Of a stretch of 64,000 bases of DNA, positions 40,248 through 49,748 are shown piece after piece (position 1 is the stretch's first letter; each line of letters starts with the position of its first letter). A program made the translations under genes and the position numbers. A model generated the notes under the pieces. It did no database searches. It worked only from the letters and a program-made list of their open reading frames with translations, and was not told where the DNA came from. The stretch spans positions 13,851-77,850 of the forward strand of contig DCIB01000022.1 of NCBI GenBank assembly GCA_002315915.1. Reading direction: 5' to 3'. This DNA is from Bacillales bacterium UBA1737 (GTDB lineage: Bacteria > Bacillota_I > Bacilli_A > ML615J-28 > CAG-313).

Positions 40248-41036
40248 ATGAATGAAAATAATTTAATTTGGATAACAAAAGTAGAACAAAAAGGTAATAA
40301 ATATTTAGTTTATGTTAATGATTCAATAGAATCAATAACATTTAATTTAGATCAATTAGTTGAATATCATATAGTAAAAGGTAATTCATTTTATCCACAA
40401 GAATGGGATAAAATAATTAATAGTTTAGATTTTGGTAAAATATTAGATAAAACTCTATACTATATTGATTATAAATTTAGAACAAAACAAGAAATTATTA
40501 ATTATTTAAATAAAAATAATGTATCAATCTCGATTCAGGATGAAATAATTAATAAATTAATATCTTTAAAATATATTGATGATGAAAAATATTCTCAAAT
40601 ATATATTGAAGAAAAGATTAATTCATTAATGGGACCTAAAGTTATTAAGTATAATTTAAATTTAAAAGGTATTAATCAAAATATTTATAATCCAATTATT
40701 GATAATATAGATAGTGATGTATGGATTAATAATGCAATTTTGGTAGCAAATAAGACACTTAATACTATTAAAGGATATCCATTAAATAAACAAAAAGAAA
40801 CTGTTTATACAAGATTATCTCGTATGGGATATTCAAATGAAGTTATAAATAAAACAATATCTAAAGTTGAATATTCAACTTTAGATATTGATATATTAAA
40901 TAAACAACTTTTATTATTAAAAAATAAAGGTTTAGATAAAACAAAAATAATCTCAAAATTATTATCAAATGGTTATACATTTGAAGATTTAAAACCATTG
41001 ATTGATTTTGATAATGATCTTCAGGGTGAGGCGTAA
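40248..41036 (+). CDS. recX: RecX-family recombination regulator
   Basis: Three-helix repeat pattern (YIDYKFRTKQEIINYL...LKYIDDEKYSQIYIEEK...). The C-terminal codons overlap the FMN riboswitch. Confidence 0.7.
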   Translation: MNENNLIWITKVEQKGNKYLVYVNDSIESITFNLDQLVEYHIVKGNSFYPQEWDKIINSLDFGKILDKTLYYIDYKFRTKQEIINYLNKNNVSISIQDEIINKLISLKYIDDEKYSQIYIEEKINSLMGPKVIKYNLNLKGINQNIYNPIIDNIDSDVWINNAILVANKTLNTIKGYPLNKQKETVYTRLSRMGYSNEVINKTISKVEYSTLDIDILNKQLLLLKNKGLDKTKIISKLLSNGYTFEDLKPLIDFDNDLQGEA

Positions 41037-41200
41037 TTCCTCAACCGGTGGTTATAGTCCACGGGAATTTATAATTCATGATTTGGTGAAATTCCAAAAC
41101 CGATAGTTAAAGTCTAGATGAAAGAAGATTACTTAATATTTTAGAAGTTATTCTAAATAAGTAGTCACCTGAAAATCATATAGGTGACTATTAATATTTA
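41016..41200 (+). promoter_or_regulatory. FMN riboswitch (RFN element) with terminator-type expression platform
   Basis: GATCTTCAGGGTGAGGCGTAATTCCTCAACCGGTGGT...GATTTGGTGAAATTCCAAAACCGATAGTTAAAGTCTAGATGAAAGAAGAT matches the RFN core, with P1 ATCTTC/GAAGAT. The hairpin TAGTCACCT...AGGTGACTA (41162-41190) plus TTAATATTT precedes the RBS. Confidence 0.85.
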
Positions 41201-41209
41201 GGGGTTTAT

Positions 41210-41824
41210 ATGATTTCTAGAAAGAAAGTATTTAATTTAATTACTAAAGTTGCAATATTTACAGCACTTAGTTATTTATTCTATTTTATAAAGTTTTCAA
41301 TTCCATCAATTTTTCCATTTTTTTTGGAAATACAATTTTCTAATGTTCCAGCTATATTAGGTGGGTTAATATTAGGCCCAGTTGGTGGATCTTTAATCGT
41401 AATAATAAGATTTTTATTTAAATTATTATCTACTACTTCACTTGGAATTGGTGAAATAGTTGATTTAATTATAGGATTAAGTGTTGTATTATCTAGTAGT
41501 ATTTATTATTTAAATCATAAAACAAAAAAAGGTGGATTGATTTCGTTAATTATTGCATTTGCTGCATGGATAATTTCTGCATGTTTATTAAATGCATATG
41601 TTACATTACCATTTTATATAGATAAATTTTTTGGTGGAACTCCTAATTATTTAGAAATGATTAAAGCGTATATACCAAATGTTACGGAATCTAATTATAT
41701 GGTTTTAACAATATTCGGAATAATACTACCATTTAACGCATTACTTGCTTCAATAATATGTTTGATAACATTTATTGTTTATAAAAAAGTATCAATTGTA
41801 TTTAAAAATGATTTATTTAAATAG
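41210..41824 (+). CDS. ribU: Riboflavin transporter RibU (ECF S-component)
   Basis: About 6 TM, 204 aa, directly controlled by the FMN riboswitch; N-terminus LITKVAIFTALSYLFYFIKFSIP. Confidence 0.75.
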   Translation: MISRKKVFNLITKVAIFTALSYLFYFIKFSIPSIFPFFLEIQFSNVPAILGGLILGPVGGSLIVIIRFLFKLLSTTSLGIGEIVDLIIGLSVVLSSSIYYLNHKTKKGGLISLIIAFAAWIISACLLNAYVTLPFYIDKFFGGTPNYLEMIKAYIPNVTESNYMVLTIFGIILPFNALLASIICLITFIVYKKVSIVFKNDLFK

Positions 41825-41832
41825 GTTAAATT

Positions 41833-42930
41833 ATGAAAAATAAAAAAGTATTAATCATGTGTGATTCTTTTAAAGGCAGCATGACAAGTATTTTAGTAAA
41901 TAAAATAATATCTGATGAATTAACAAATAAAGGATATGTTACTTTATCTTATCCAATAAGTGATGGTGGAGAAGGATTCTTAGATGCAATGATGGTTGTA
42001 GATAAATATGCTAAAAAATATTATTTAGATACATATGATGCTATAAAAAGAGTTCATAAAACACTATATTTGTATAATTCTATATCTAAAACAGCATATT
42101 TTTCATTAGGTGATACTGTAGGATTGTCATTGTTAAAAGATGATGAAAGATCTTGCTTTCACGCAAACACTTATGGATTAGGTAAACTTATAAAAGAAGT
42201 AATCTTATCTAAAAAGGTTAAAAGAATCATTCTTGGTATTGGTGGATCTGCTTCTACTGATGCAGGAACTGGATTGTTAGAAGCTATGGGAGTATTATTT
42301 TATGATAATAAAGGTAATATTCTACATAATTTAGATAATGATTCATTAAAAGATATTTCATGTGTTGTTACATGTGATTTTGATAATTTAATAAAAGATA
42401 TAGAATTTATTACTTTATCTGATGTAATTAATCCATTAACTGGCATAAATGGTGCAGCATATGTATATGGACCACAAAAAGGTGCAACCGATTCTGATGT
42501 ATTAGTGATGGATAATAATTTAGTATCTTTTAGTAATATAACTAAAAGTATTAAAGGATATGATTACTCTATAGCATCTGGTGCTGGAGCAGCAGGGGGA
42601 GTAGGATTTGGTTTACTTTCATATTGTAGTTCTAAACTAATTAGTGGAATTGATTATTTATTAGAATCAATTCATTTTGATAAATTATTATCTAAGTATG
42701 ATATGGTAATAACTGGCGAAGGTAAAATAGATAATCAATCTTTTAATGGTAAAGTAATTAGTGGATTGTTAAAATATAATCCAAAGTGTATAAAGTTTGT
42801 TGTTGCAGTTAACAAAGTTGAAAATAGTAAATATGATATATATTCAATTGTTCCTACTGTTGCAACATCTTCTGAATCGTTAAAAAATCCAAAAAAATAT
42901 TTAAAAGAACTTATTAAATTAAAATTTTAA
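41833..42930 (+). CDS. glxK: Glycerate kinase
   Basis: CDSFKGS, SDGGEGF, GIGGSASTDAGTGLLEAMG, ITGEGKIDNQS. Confidence 0.85.
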   Translation: MKNKKVLIMCDSFKGSMTSILVNKIISDELTNKGYVTLSYPISDGGEGFLDAMMVVDKYAKKYYLDTYDAIKRVHKTLYLYNSISKTAYFSLGDTVGLSLLKDDERSCFHANTYGLGKLIKEVILSKKVKRIILGIGGSASTDAGTGLLEAMGVLFYDNKGNILHNLDNDSLKDISCVVTCDFDNLIKDIEFITLSDVINPLTGINGAAYVYGPQKGATDSDVLVMDNNLVSFSNITKSIKGYDYSIASGAGAAGGVGFGLLSYCSSKLISGIDYLLESIHFDKLLSKYDMVITGEGKIDNQSFNGKVISGLLKYNPKCIKFVVAVNKVENSKYDIYSIVPTVATSSESLKNPKKYLKELIKLKF

Positions 42931-42949
42931 TATAAACTGGAGGTATTCT

Positions 42950-45007
42950 ATGAATAAAAATGTAAAGCCTAAGAAGAAAATGGAATATTATTCATACCAA
43001 ATAGATAGAGGAGAAGAAGTAGTTGAAACTAAAAAGAATTTAAATGCTTCAATTATTACTGGTATAAAAAAACAAAATGATTATGCTGAAATGGTTGGAT
43101 ATCATTTAGATCCTTCTAGATATGATACTTTACGTCATCCAAACTTTAAAAATAAAATTTCTAATATTCCTACAAAAGATCCAGCTTATAATACTAAATC
43201 ATCGGAAAATAATAAAGTTGATTTAATGGATGATGAAGAAAAAGAAAATGAAGTAATTGAACATTTTGAAGATAATAGTTATATTGACTCTTATTTAAAT
43301 ACTTTTGTAGAAGAAAGAACATATTCAGTTAATGATTATACTGAATTTCCAAATGATGTAGAAGATAATGAATATAATGATGATTTAATGGATGATGAGG
43401 ATACTCCTATTGATGTAAAGTCTAATAATGTTATTCCTAATAATTCTATTAATGAAGGAGTTAATAATAATTTTAATAATATTAATGATGATAAAACTCT
43501 AGATAATAATTCTTATGATGATATACCATATAAACCTACAAAAGGTAAGTATGTTCCAGCAAATCTATCATTATTACCTAAAGATAGTGTTGATCATGCA
43601 CATAATATTGAATTAGCTGAAAAGCAAAAAGCTATTATTAATAGAATTATTAATGAATATAAGTTACCATGTCATGTTGATAATTATATCTTTGGTCCTA
43701 CAGTTATAGTGTTTTTAGTAAATTATGATAAATTGAATATTGATGTTAGATGTATTCAAAAATTAGAATCTAATTTACTTACATATCTTGAAGTAAAACG
43801 TATTAGAATGCTTACTCCTATACCTGGTAGAAGTTGTTCTGGTATAGAAGTACCTCTTCCATCAGAACAAAGGGGAAAGGTTCATTTAAGGGATGTACTA
43901 GAATCTAAAGAATTCAAAAATAATAAGATGGAATTACCTGCTGTTGTAGGCAGAAATAACTATAATGAAAATATTGTTATAGATATTACCGAATTACCTC
44001 ATGCTATTGCTGGAGGACAAACTAAATCCGGTAAGAGTGTATGTTTAAATATGCTTATTATGAGTTTAATATGTAGTAAAAGTCCTGATGATGTAAGACT
44101 TATATTATTAGATCCAAAAAGAGCTGAATTTAATAAATATGCTCACATTCCACATCTAGCTATGCCAGTTATCACTGATGAACAATATTTTGAACCAGCA
44201 ATGCAATGGGTATTAGATGAAATGGAAAGACGTTATTCAATATTAGAAAAATATGGATGTGTTGATTTAAAAGAAATGAATGAAGAACTTTTATCTAAAC
44301 ATCAACCAAAAATCCCATATTTAGTAGTAATAATGGATGAATTTAATGATTGGTTTGCATCTGCATCACAAAATCTAGATTCATTAGTTGTTAAAATATT
44401 ACAAAAAGCTCGTGCAGCTGGTATTAGTATGATTCTTGCAACACAACATCCTTCTGCAGATGTTATCAAAGGTTCTATTAAAGCAAATATTGCTGGTAGA
44501 TTTACATTTAGTGTAAGTGATTCACAATCATCAGTTATCATGCTTGGACAAGGTGGTGCTGAAAAACTAGAAGGATATGGAGATATGATTCTTCGTGCAA
44601 CTGGTATTACTGATACACGTTTACAAGGAGCATTTGCTACTAATAAAGATATTAGAGCTGTATTAGATGAATTAAGAGAAACAAATGAAGTAAATTATCT
44701 TGCATCATTAGAAGAATTAAAACAATCATCTATTGCAAGAGGTGTCGGAAATGGTATTGCAGATCCTAAACTAGGTAGAAATGATGAATTATTTACTCAA
44801 GTAGCAAGATTTGTAGTTGAAAATAATAATCCATCTGTTAACCAATTAACAAGAATGTATGGTACAGGTGTTAACAGAATGGATAATATATTCAGAGATT
44901 TAGAATTATTTGGAATTGTCTCTGAAGCAAAACAAGGTACAAAAAGAGAAGTCTTAGTTAAATCTTCTGATTTAGAAGAAATTCTTAAAGCTAATAATTT
45001 AGATTAA
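42950..45007 (+). CDS. FtsK/SpoIIIE-family DNA translocase lacking transmembrane segments (SftA-like)
   Basis: Walker A GGQTKSGKS, Walker B VVIMDEF and a gamma winged-helix (VNQLTRMYGTGVNRMDNIFRDLE). The first ~200 aa are N/D/E-rich with no hydrophobic helix. Confidence 0.85.
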   Translation: MNKNVKPKKKMEYYSYQIDRGEEVVETKKNLNASIITGIKKQNDYAEMVGYHLDPSRYDTLRHPNFKNKISNIPTKDPAYNTKSSENNKVDLMDDEEKENEVIEHFEDNSYIDSYLNTFVEERTYSVNDYTEFPNDVEDNEYNDDLMDDEDTPIDVKSNNVIPNNSINEGVNNNFNNINDDKTLDNNSYDDIPYKPTKGKYVPANLSLLPKDSVDHAHNIELAEKQKAIINRIINEYKLPCHVDNYIFGPTVIVFLVNYDKLNIDVRCIQKLESNLLTYLEVKRIRMLTPIPGRSCSGIEVPLPSEQRGKVHLRDVLESKEFKNNKMELPAVVGRNNYNENIVIDITELPHAIAGGQTKSGKSVCLNMLIMSLICSKSPDDVRLILLDPKRAEFNKYAHIPHLAMPVITDEQYFEPAMQWVLDEMERRYSILEKYGCVDLKEMNEELLSKHQPKIPYLVVIMDEFNDWFASASQNLDSLVVKILQKARAAGISMILATQHPSADVIKGSIKANIAGRFTFSVSDSQSSVIMLGQGGAEKLEGYGDMILRATGITDTRLQGAFATNKDIRAVLDELRETNEVNYLASLEELKQSSIARGVGNGIADPKLGRNDELFTQVARFVVENNNPSVNQLTRMYGTGVNRMDNIFRDLELFGIVSEAKQGTKREVLVKSSDLEEILKANNLD

Positions 45008-45031
45008 TTATAAATAGAAAGGAAATGAATT

Positions 45032-45847
45032 ATGGAAAATATCGAAGTTAAAAATATTCATAAAGTAGATAAATCGATAATTCATTTCCTTTTATCATCT
45101 ATTTTTACTTTATATTATTTTATAATTAGAATTTTTGTATTAACAAATAAAGATAATATTAGAAACTTATCATCTGTAAAAATTGTAGGTAGTATTATTG
45201 ATTATTTAATGTTTATATCAGCTTTAATATTATTATTTATATTAATAGTATTAATTTTTAATAAGAATAATTCTAAATTAATGATATTCTTAAAAAGTAT
45301 TAAAGATTTATTTTTAAAAATAATTGAATATATTGAAGTAATACCTATTACAATATCAATAATGGTATCTATATTTAGTTTTGTATGTAGTTTTGCAACA
45401 GTAAATGGTATAAGTATGGAAAATACTCTACATTCTGGAGATATAGTATTAATTAACTATATAGAAGAAGTAGATGTAGGCGATATAGTAGTAGTTTATG
45501 TTAATCCTAATGATAATAGTTATGTAAGAACCGATGATGATTATATTAAAAGAGTTATTGCAAAAGAAGGAGATACTATTACATATATCGATAATGTATT
45601 AACAATAAATGGTAAAGTAGTAGATGAATCTATATATTTAGATGAAGAATCTATTAATAATAATTCTGGAGCATTCTTTAATACAATCAATTATGTAGTA
45701 CCTAGTGGATGTTATTTTGTTATGGGAGATAATAGAAATCATTCTGTAGATTCAAGATTAATTGGATGTATTAAAAAAGAAAACATTGTTGGAGTTGCTA
45801 GTCTTGCTCCTGAATTTATTCAAAATATGGCAGGAGGTACTAAATAA
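45032..45847 (+). CDS. lepB: Signal peptidase I with extended about 3-TM N-terminal region
   Basis: Catalytic Ser box NGISMENTL, Lys box YIKRVIAKEGD, and GDNRNHSVDSR. Confidence 0.85.
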   Translation: MENIEVKNIHKVDKSIIHFLLSSIFTLYYFIIRIFVLTNKDNIRNLSSVKIVGSIIDYLMFISALILLFILIVLIFNKNNSKLMIFLKSIKDLFLKIIEYIEVIPITISIMVSIFSFVCSFATVNGISMENTLHSGDIVLINYIEEVDVGDIVVVYVNPNDNSYVRTDDDYIKRVIAKEGDTITYIDNVLTINGKVVDESIYLDEESINNNSGAFFNTINYVVPSGCYFVMGDNRNHSVDSRLIGCIKKENIVGVASLAPEFIQNMAGGTK

Positions 45848-46683
45848 TGATTCAATGGTATCCAGGCCATATGGCAAAAGCAATAAAAGAAATGGAAAAT
45901 AATATTAAACTTGTTGATTTAGTAATTAATTTAATTGACGCTAGAATTCCGTTTTCTTCTATTAATCCTAAATTAAAAGAATTATCATCAAATAAAAAAG
46001 TATTATATGTTTTTACAAAACAAGATAAAGCTGATCCTGTTTTATCTAATAAATGGTTAAAATATTTTAATGATAATATTGGTTTATCTATCTCAATTGA
46101 CGCAAGAAATAATAAATGTATTAAAGATATTATGAAATGTGTTGATATATTAATGAAAGATAAATATGAAAAGGATGCTAAAAAAGGTCTTAAAAAACGT
46201 AGTGTTAAAACAATGATAGTTGGAATACCTAATGTTGGTAAATCTACTTTAATTAATACATTATGTGGAAAGAAAGTAGCAAAAACTGGTGACAAGCCAG
46301 GAGTTACAAAATCAGAACAATGGACTAGAATTAATGATTCATTAGATTTATTAGATACTCCTGGAGTATTATGGCCTAAATTTGATGATGAAAAAGTTGC
46401 GATGAACTTACTTATTACTGGTGCTATCAAAGATGAAATAGTTTCTCATATAGATGTTGCTTATTATTTTATTGATTATTTAATGAACTATTATCATGAT
46501 TCATTATTTAATAGATATCATTTATCTACTGATAAATCTAAAGAAGAAATTTTAATCGATATCGCTAATAATCTTCATTTCTTATTTATAGATAAAACAC
46601 CTGATATTGATAAAACATCTTTATATATAATTCAAGAATATCGTAATATGTATTTAGGACGTATTACATTAGATCGAATATAA
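45847..46683 (+). CDS. rbgA: Ribosome biogenesis GTPase A (YlqF)
   Basis: IQWYPGHMAKA, circularly permuted G motifs (TKQD...GIPNVGKST...DTPG). Confidence 0.9.
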   Translation: MIQWYPGHMAKAIKEMENNIKLVDLVINLIDARIPFSSINPKLKELSSNKKVLYVFTKQDKADPVLSNKWLKYFNDNIGLSISIDARNNKCIKDIMKCVDILMKDKYEKDAKKGLKKRSVKTMIVGIPNVGKSTLINTLCGKKVAKTGDKPGVTKSEQWTRINDSLDLLDTPGVLWPKFDDEKVAMNLLITGAIKDEIVSHIDVAYYFIDYLMNYYHDSLFNRYHLSTDKSKEEILIDIANNLHFLFIDKTPDIDKTSLYIIQEYRNMYLGRITLDRI

Positions 46684-46684
46684 T

Positions 46685-47329
46685 ATGATAAAACATTATG
46701 AAAATCATGATATAGAAAATAATCTATATCAAGAAGGTTATAAATATATTGCAGGTACAGATGAAGCAGGTAGAGGTCCTCTTGCCGGACCAGTAGTTGT
46801 TGCAGCTGTAATAATGCCTAAAGATTGTTATATAGAAGGGGTAACTGATTCTAAAAAAGTTCCAGAAAAACTAAGATATGAATTAGCAGATAAAATAAAG
46901 AAAGAAGCAATATCTTATAAAATTGTATTTATAGATAATGAAACTATTGATAAAATGAACATATTAGAAGCATCTAGATATGGTATGATAGAATCACTTT
47001 TAGGATTAACCATAAAGCCTGATTATATATTAACTGATGCTATGGAATTACCAACAGATATTCCATATCAAGCATTAATTAAAGGTGATGCTTTATCATT
47101 TTCAATAGCGTGTGCTTCTATTCTTGCAAAAACTGCTAGAGATTCATATATGATAGATATAGATAAAAAATATCCAGAATATGATTTTAAAACTCATAAA
47201 GGATATCCTACTAAATCACATCTAGAGGCAATACAAAAATATGGTATATTACCAATTCATCGATTAAGTTATAAACCTGTATATAAAGAATTTATTAAAA
47301 ATAATTTTAATAATAGAGATGTAAAATAA
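46685..47329 (+). CDS. rnhB: Ribonuclease HII
   Basis: GTDEAGRGPLAGPVV, DSKK, ASILAK. Confidence 0.92.
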   Translation: MIKHYENHDIENNLYQEGYKYIAGTDEAGRGPLAGPVVVAAVIMPKDCYIEGVTDSKKVPEKLRYELADKIKKEAISYKIVFIDNETIDKMNILEASRYGMIESLLGLTIKPDYILTDAMELPTDIPYQALIKGDALSFSIACASILAKTARDSYMIDIDKKYPEYDFKTHKGYPTKSHLEAIQKYGILPIHRLSYKPVYKEFIKNNFNNRDVK

Positions 47330-47355
47330 TATTTCAATATAAAACTTTAAATATA

Positions 47356-47389
47356 AAACAGCGAATAAATCTATTTTATTCGCTGTTTT
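47356..47389 (+). terminator. Intrinsic terminator after rnhB
   Basis: 14-bp stem AAACAGCGAATAAA-TCTAT-TTTATTCGCTGTTT. Confidence 0.75.
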
Positions 47390-47414
47390 CACAAATTAAT
47401 ATATTAGTTTTTTA

Positions 47415-47443
47415 TTGACAATTATAGTTTTTGAGTTTATAAT
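47415..47443 (+). promoter_or_regulatory. Consensus sigma-A promoter of topA
   Basis: TTGACA (47415-47420), exactly 17 nt, TATAAT (47438-47443). The track's TTG start is the -35 box itself. Confidence 0.7.
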
Positions 47444-47465
47444 CAAACACAGAAAGGATCACTAT

Positions 47466-49556
47466 ATGAAATTACTAATTGTTGAATCCCCTGCTAAATG
47501 TAAGACTATATCTAATTATTTAGGTGAAGATTATGTTGTTGAATCATCTATTGGCCATGTAAGAGATTTATCTATAAAAGGTAAAGGTGGTTTTGGTGTA
47601 GATATTAATAATAATTTTGCTCCTGAATATGTAATATTAAAAGATAAAGTAGAAGTTGTTAATAAACTTAAAAAATTAGCAAAAAAAGCTGAACATGTAT
47701 ATCTTGCAACCGATCCCGACCGTGAAGGTGAAGCTATTTCTTGGCATTTACAACAAGTTTTAGAAGAAAATGAATCTAAAGTTTCAAGAATTGTATTTAA
47801 TGAAATAACAAAAACTACTATTTTAAAAGCAATAACTCAAGATAGAGATATTGATATGAATTTAGTACATTCTCAAGAATCAAGAAGAATATTAGATAGA
47901 ATAATAGGTTTTAGATTATCTAGTTTACTTCAACAAAAATTAGGTTCTAAGTCTGCTGGTCGTGTACAGAGCGTTGCTTTAAAACTTGTATGTGATAGAG
48001 AAAAAGAAATTAAAGATTTTAATCCTGTTGAATATTGGGAGTTATTTGCTAGTTTATATTATGATAATCAAGATAATATTTTAAAAGCGAAACTTACATC
48101 ATATAAAGGAGAAAAATTATCTATTTCATCTAAAGAAGAAATGGATAAGGTAATATCTTCATTAACTAATAGTTATACTATTAAAGATATTGTTCAAAAG
48201 AATCGCTCAAAACAATCTAAACCTCCATTTATAACATCTACATTACAACAAGATGCTTCTATTAAATTTAATTATCCAGCTAAACGTATAATGGGTATTG
48301 CTCAAAGATTATATGAAGGTATTGATATAGGTAGTGAACGTGTTGGTTTAATTACTTATATGAGAACAGATTCTATTCGTTTATCTGATGAATTTGTTAA
48401 TAGTTCTAAAAACTTTATTATTGATAAATATGGTAATAATTATTTTAAAGGAGCTAAAACTTCTAATATTAACAAATTAAATGTTCAAGATGCTCATGAA
48501 GCAATACGTCCTACAAGTATTAATAGAACTCCTGAATCAGTTAAGAAATATCTTAATTTAGAAGAATTTAAAATTTATTCACTTATTTATAATAGAGCTA
48601 TTGCGTCATTAATGAGTGATGCTGTAGTAAAAGATACTAAAGTAATAGTAGATAATAATGGTTATGAATTTATACTTAATGGTGAAGAAAATGTATTTGA
48701 TGGTTATTTAAGAGTATATGATGAAGCAAAAGTTGATGAAACTGAAGACGAAAATACATCTTTATTACCTTCATTAAAAGTAAAAGATACACTTTGTTTT
48801 AAAGAATTATCTCCAGAACAAAAATTTACTCAACCACCGTTTAGATATTCTGAAGCTCGATTAATAAAAAAGATGGAAGAACTTGGAATTGGAAGACCAT
48901 CTACATATGCCTTAACTATGGAAACTCTTCGTGCAAGAGCTTATGCTACAATGGAAAAGAAAGCATTTGTTCCTACTGATCAAGGAATGCTTACATCAGA
49001 ACAGTTAGATATTTATTTTTCAAGTATAATTAATGTACAATATACTGCATTAATGGAAGAAAAATTAGACTTAATTGCATTAGATAAACTCGTATGGTAT
49101 GAAGAAATTAGAAAGTTTTATGATGATTTTGTACCATTAATTGAATATGCAAGAGATAATATGGTAAAAATATACCCTAAGATGACTGATGAAATATGTC
49201 CAGAATGTGGATCACCATTAGTTATTAGAAGAGGACCATTTGGTGAGTTTACAGCTTGTTCTAATTATCCTAAATGTAAATATATTAAAAAAGCTCCTAA
49301 AAAAGAAGTTGTATCAACTGGTGTAATATGTCCTGTTTGTAAACAAGGTGAAATTGTTGAAAGAACTTCTACTCATGGCAGAAGTAAAGGACAATTATTT
49401 TACGCATGTAATTTATATCCTAAGTGTAAAACTACATATTCTGGTATTCCACAAGATACAGTATGTGAAGTATGTGGAAAAGTTATGATAAAAGTAGGAG
49501 ATATTATTAGATGTAGTAATGAAAAATGCACAACTAATAAGAAGCAAGATAAATAA
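47466..49556 (+). CDS. topA: DNA topoisomerase I
   Basis: Toprim domain MKLLIVESPAK...DPDREGEAI, active-site region, and three C-terminal Cys4 zinc ribbons. ATG follows GAAAGGA. Confidence 0.96.
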   Translation: MKLLIVESPAKCKTISNYLGEDYVVESSIGHVRDLSIKGKGGFGVDINNNFAPEYVILKDKVEVVNKLKKLAKKAEHVYLATDPDREGEAISWHLQQVLEENESKVSRIVFNEITKTTILKAITQDRDIDMNLVHSQESRRILDRIIGFRLSSLLQQKLGSKSAGRVQSVALKLVCDREKEIKDFNPVEYWELFASLYYDNQDNILKAKLTSYKGEKLSISSKEEMDKVISSLTNSYTIKDIVQKNRSKQSKPPFITSTLQQDASIKFNYPAKRIMGIAQRLYEGIDIGSERVGLITYMRTDSIRLSDEFVNSSKNFIIDKYGNNYFKGAKTSNINKLNVQDAHEAIRPTSINRTPESVKKYLNLEEFKIYSLIYNRAIASLMSDAVVKDTKVIVDNNGYEFILNGEENVFDGYLRVYDEAKVDETEDENTSLLPSLKVKDTLCFKELSPEQKFTQPPFRYSEARLIKKMEELGIGRPSTYALTMETLRARAYATMEKKAFVPTDQGMLTSEQLDIYFSSIINVQYTALMEEKLDLIALDKLVWYEEIRKFYDDFVPLIEYARDNMVKIYPKMTDEICPECGSPLVIRRGPFGEFTACSNYPKCKYIKKAPKKEVVSTGVICPVCKQGEIVERTSTHGRSKGQLFYACNLYPKCKTTYSGIPQDTVCEVCGKVMIKVGDIIRCSNEKCTTNKKQDK

Positions 49557-49651
49557 AATTATGCTACAATTTATATGTAATTAGAAATTATTCCCAGTAA
49601 TTTTTAATTATAAAATATCCCCTATATTTATGATAATACATAAATATGATT

Positions 49652-49682
49652 AGTTGGATGGAGTAATCCATCCAACTTTTTA
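49652..49682 (+). terminator. Intrinsic terminator after topA
   Basis: AGTTGGATGG-AGTAAT-CCATCCAACT followed by TTTTT. Confidence 0.75.
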
Positions 49683-49692
49683 CATTTTGAAC

Positions 49693-49721
49693 TTGAAGAA
49701 AGACATTTTATAATGTATAAT
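49693..49721 (+). promoter_or_regulatory. Promoter of ftsY-ylxM-ffh
   Basis: TTGAAG (49693-49698), 17 nt, TATAAT (49716-49721). Confidence 0.55.
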
Positions 49722-49748
49722 AATTAATAATAATAAAAGGTATAAGAT

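Noticed and set aside
43871-43891. Possible AGG reassignment, as reported for some uncultured low-GC Bacilli
   Set aside because: The two in-frame AGG codons in the FtsK-like gene (LPSEQ-R-GKVHL-R-DVLES) align with conserved Arg in FtsK (LPNKKRQTVYLREVL). AGG therefore reads as Arg here.
45852-46430. 192-aa ORF antisense to rbgA
   Set aside because: It is fully nested antisense in a gene with clear GTPase motifs and has no independent signals. The same reasoning applies to 49724-49996 (antisense to ftsY), 53789-54100 (antisense to ruvB/queA) and 39329-39574 (antisense to prfB).
49557-49651. A 95-nt untranslated stretch between the topA stop and its terminator as a possible sRNA
   Set aside because: It has no promoter of its own and no conserved-looking structure beyond the terminator. 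It is most simply a long 3' UTR.
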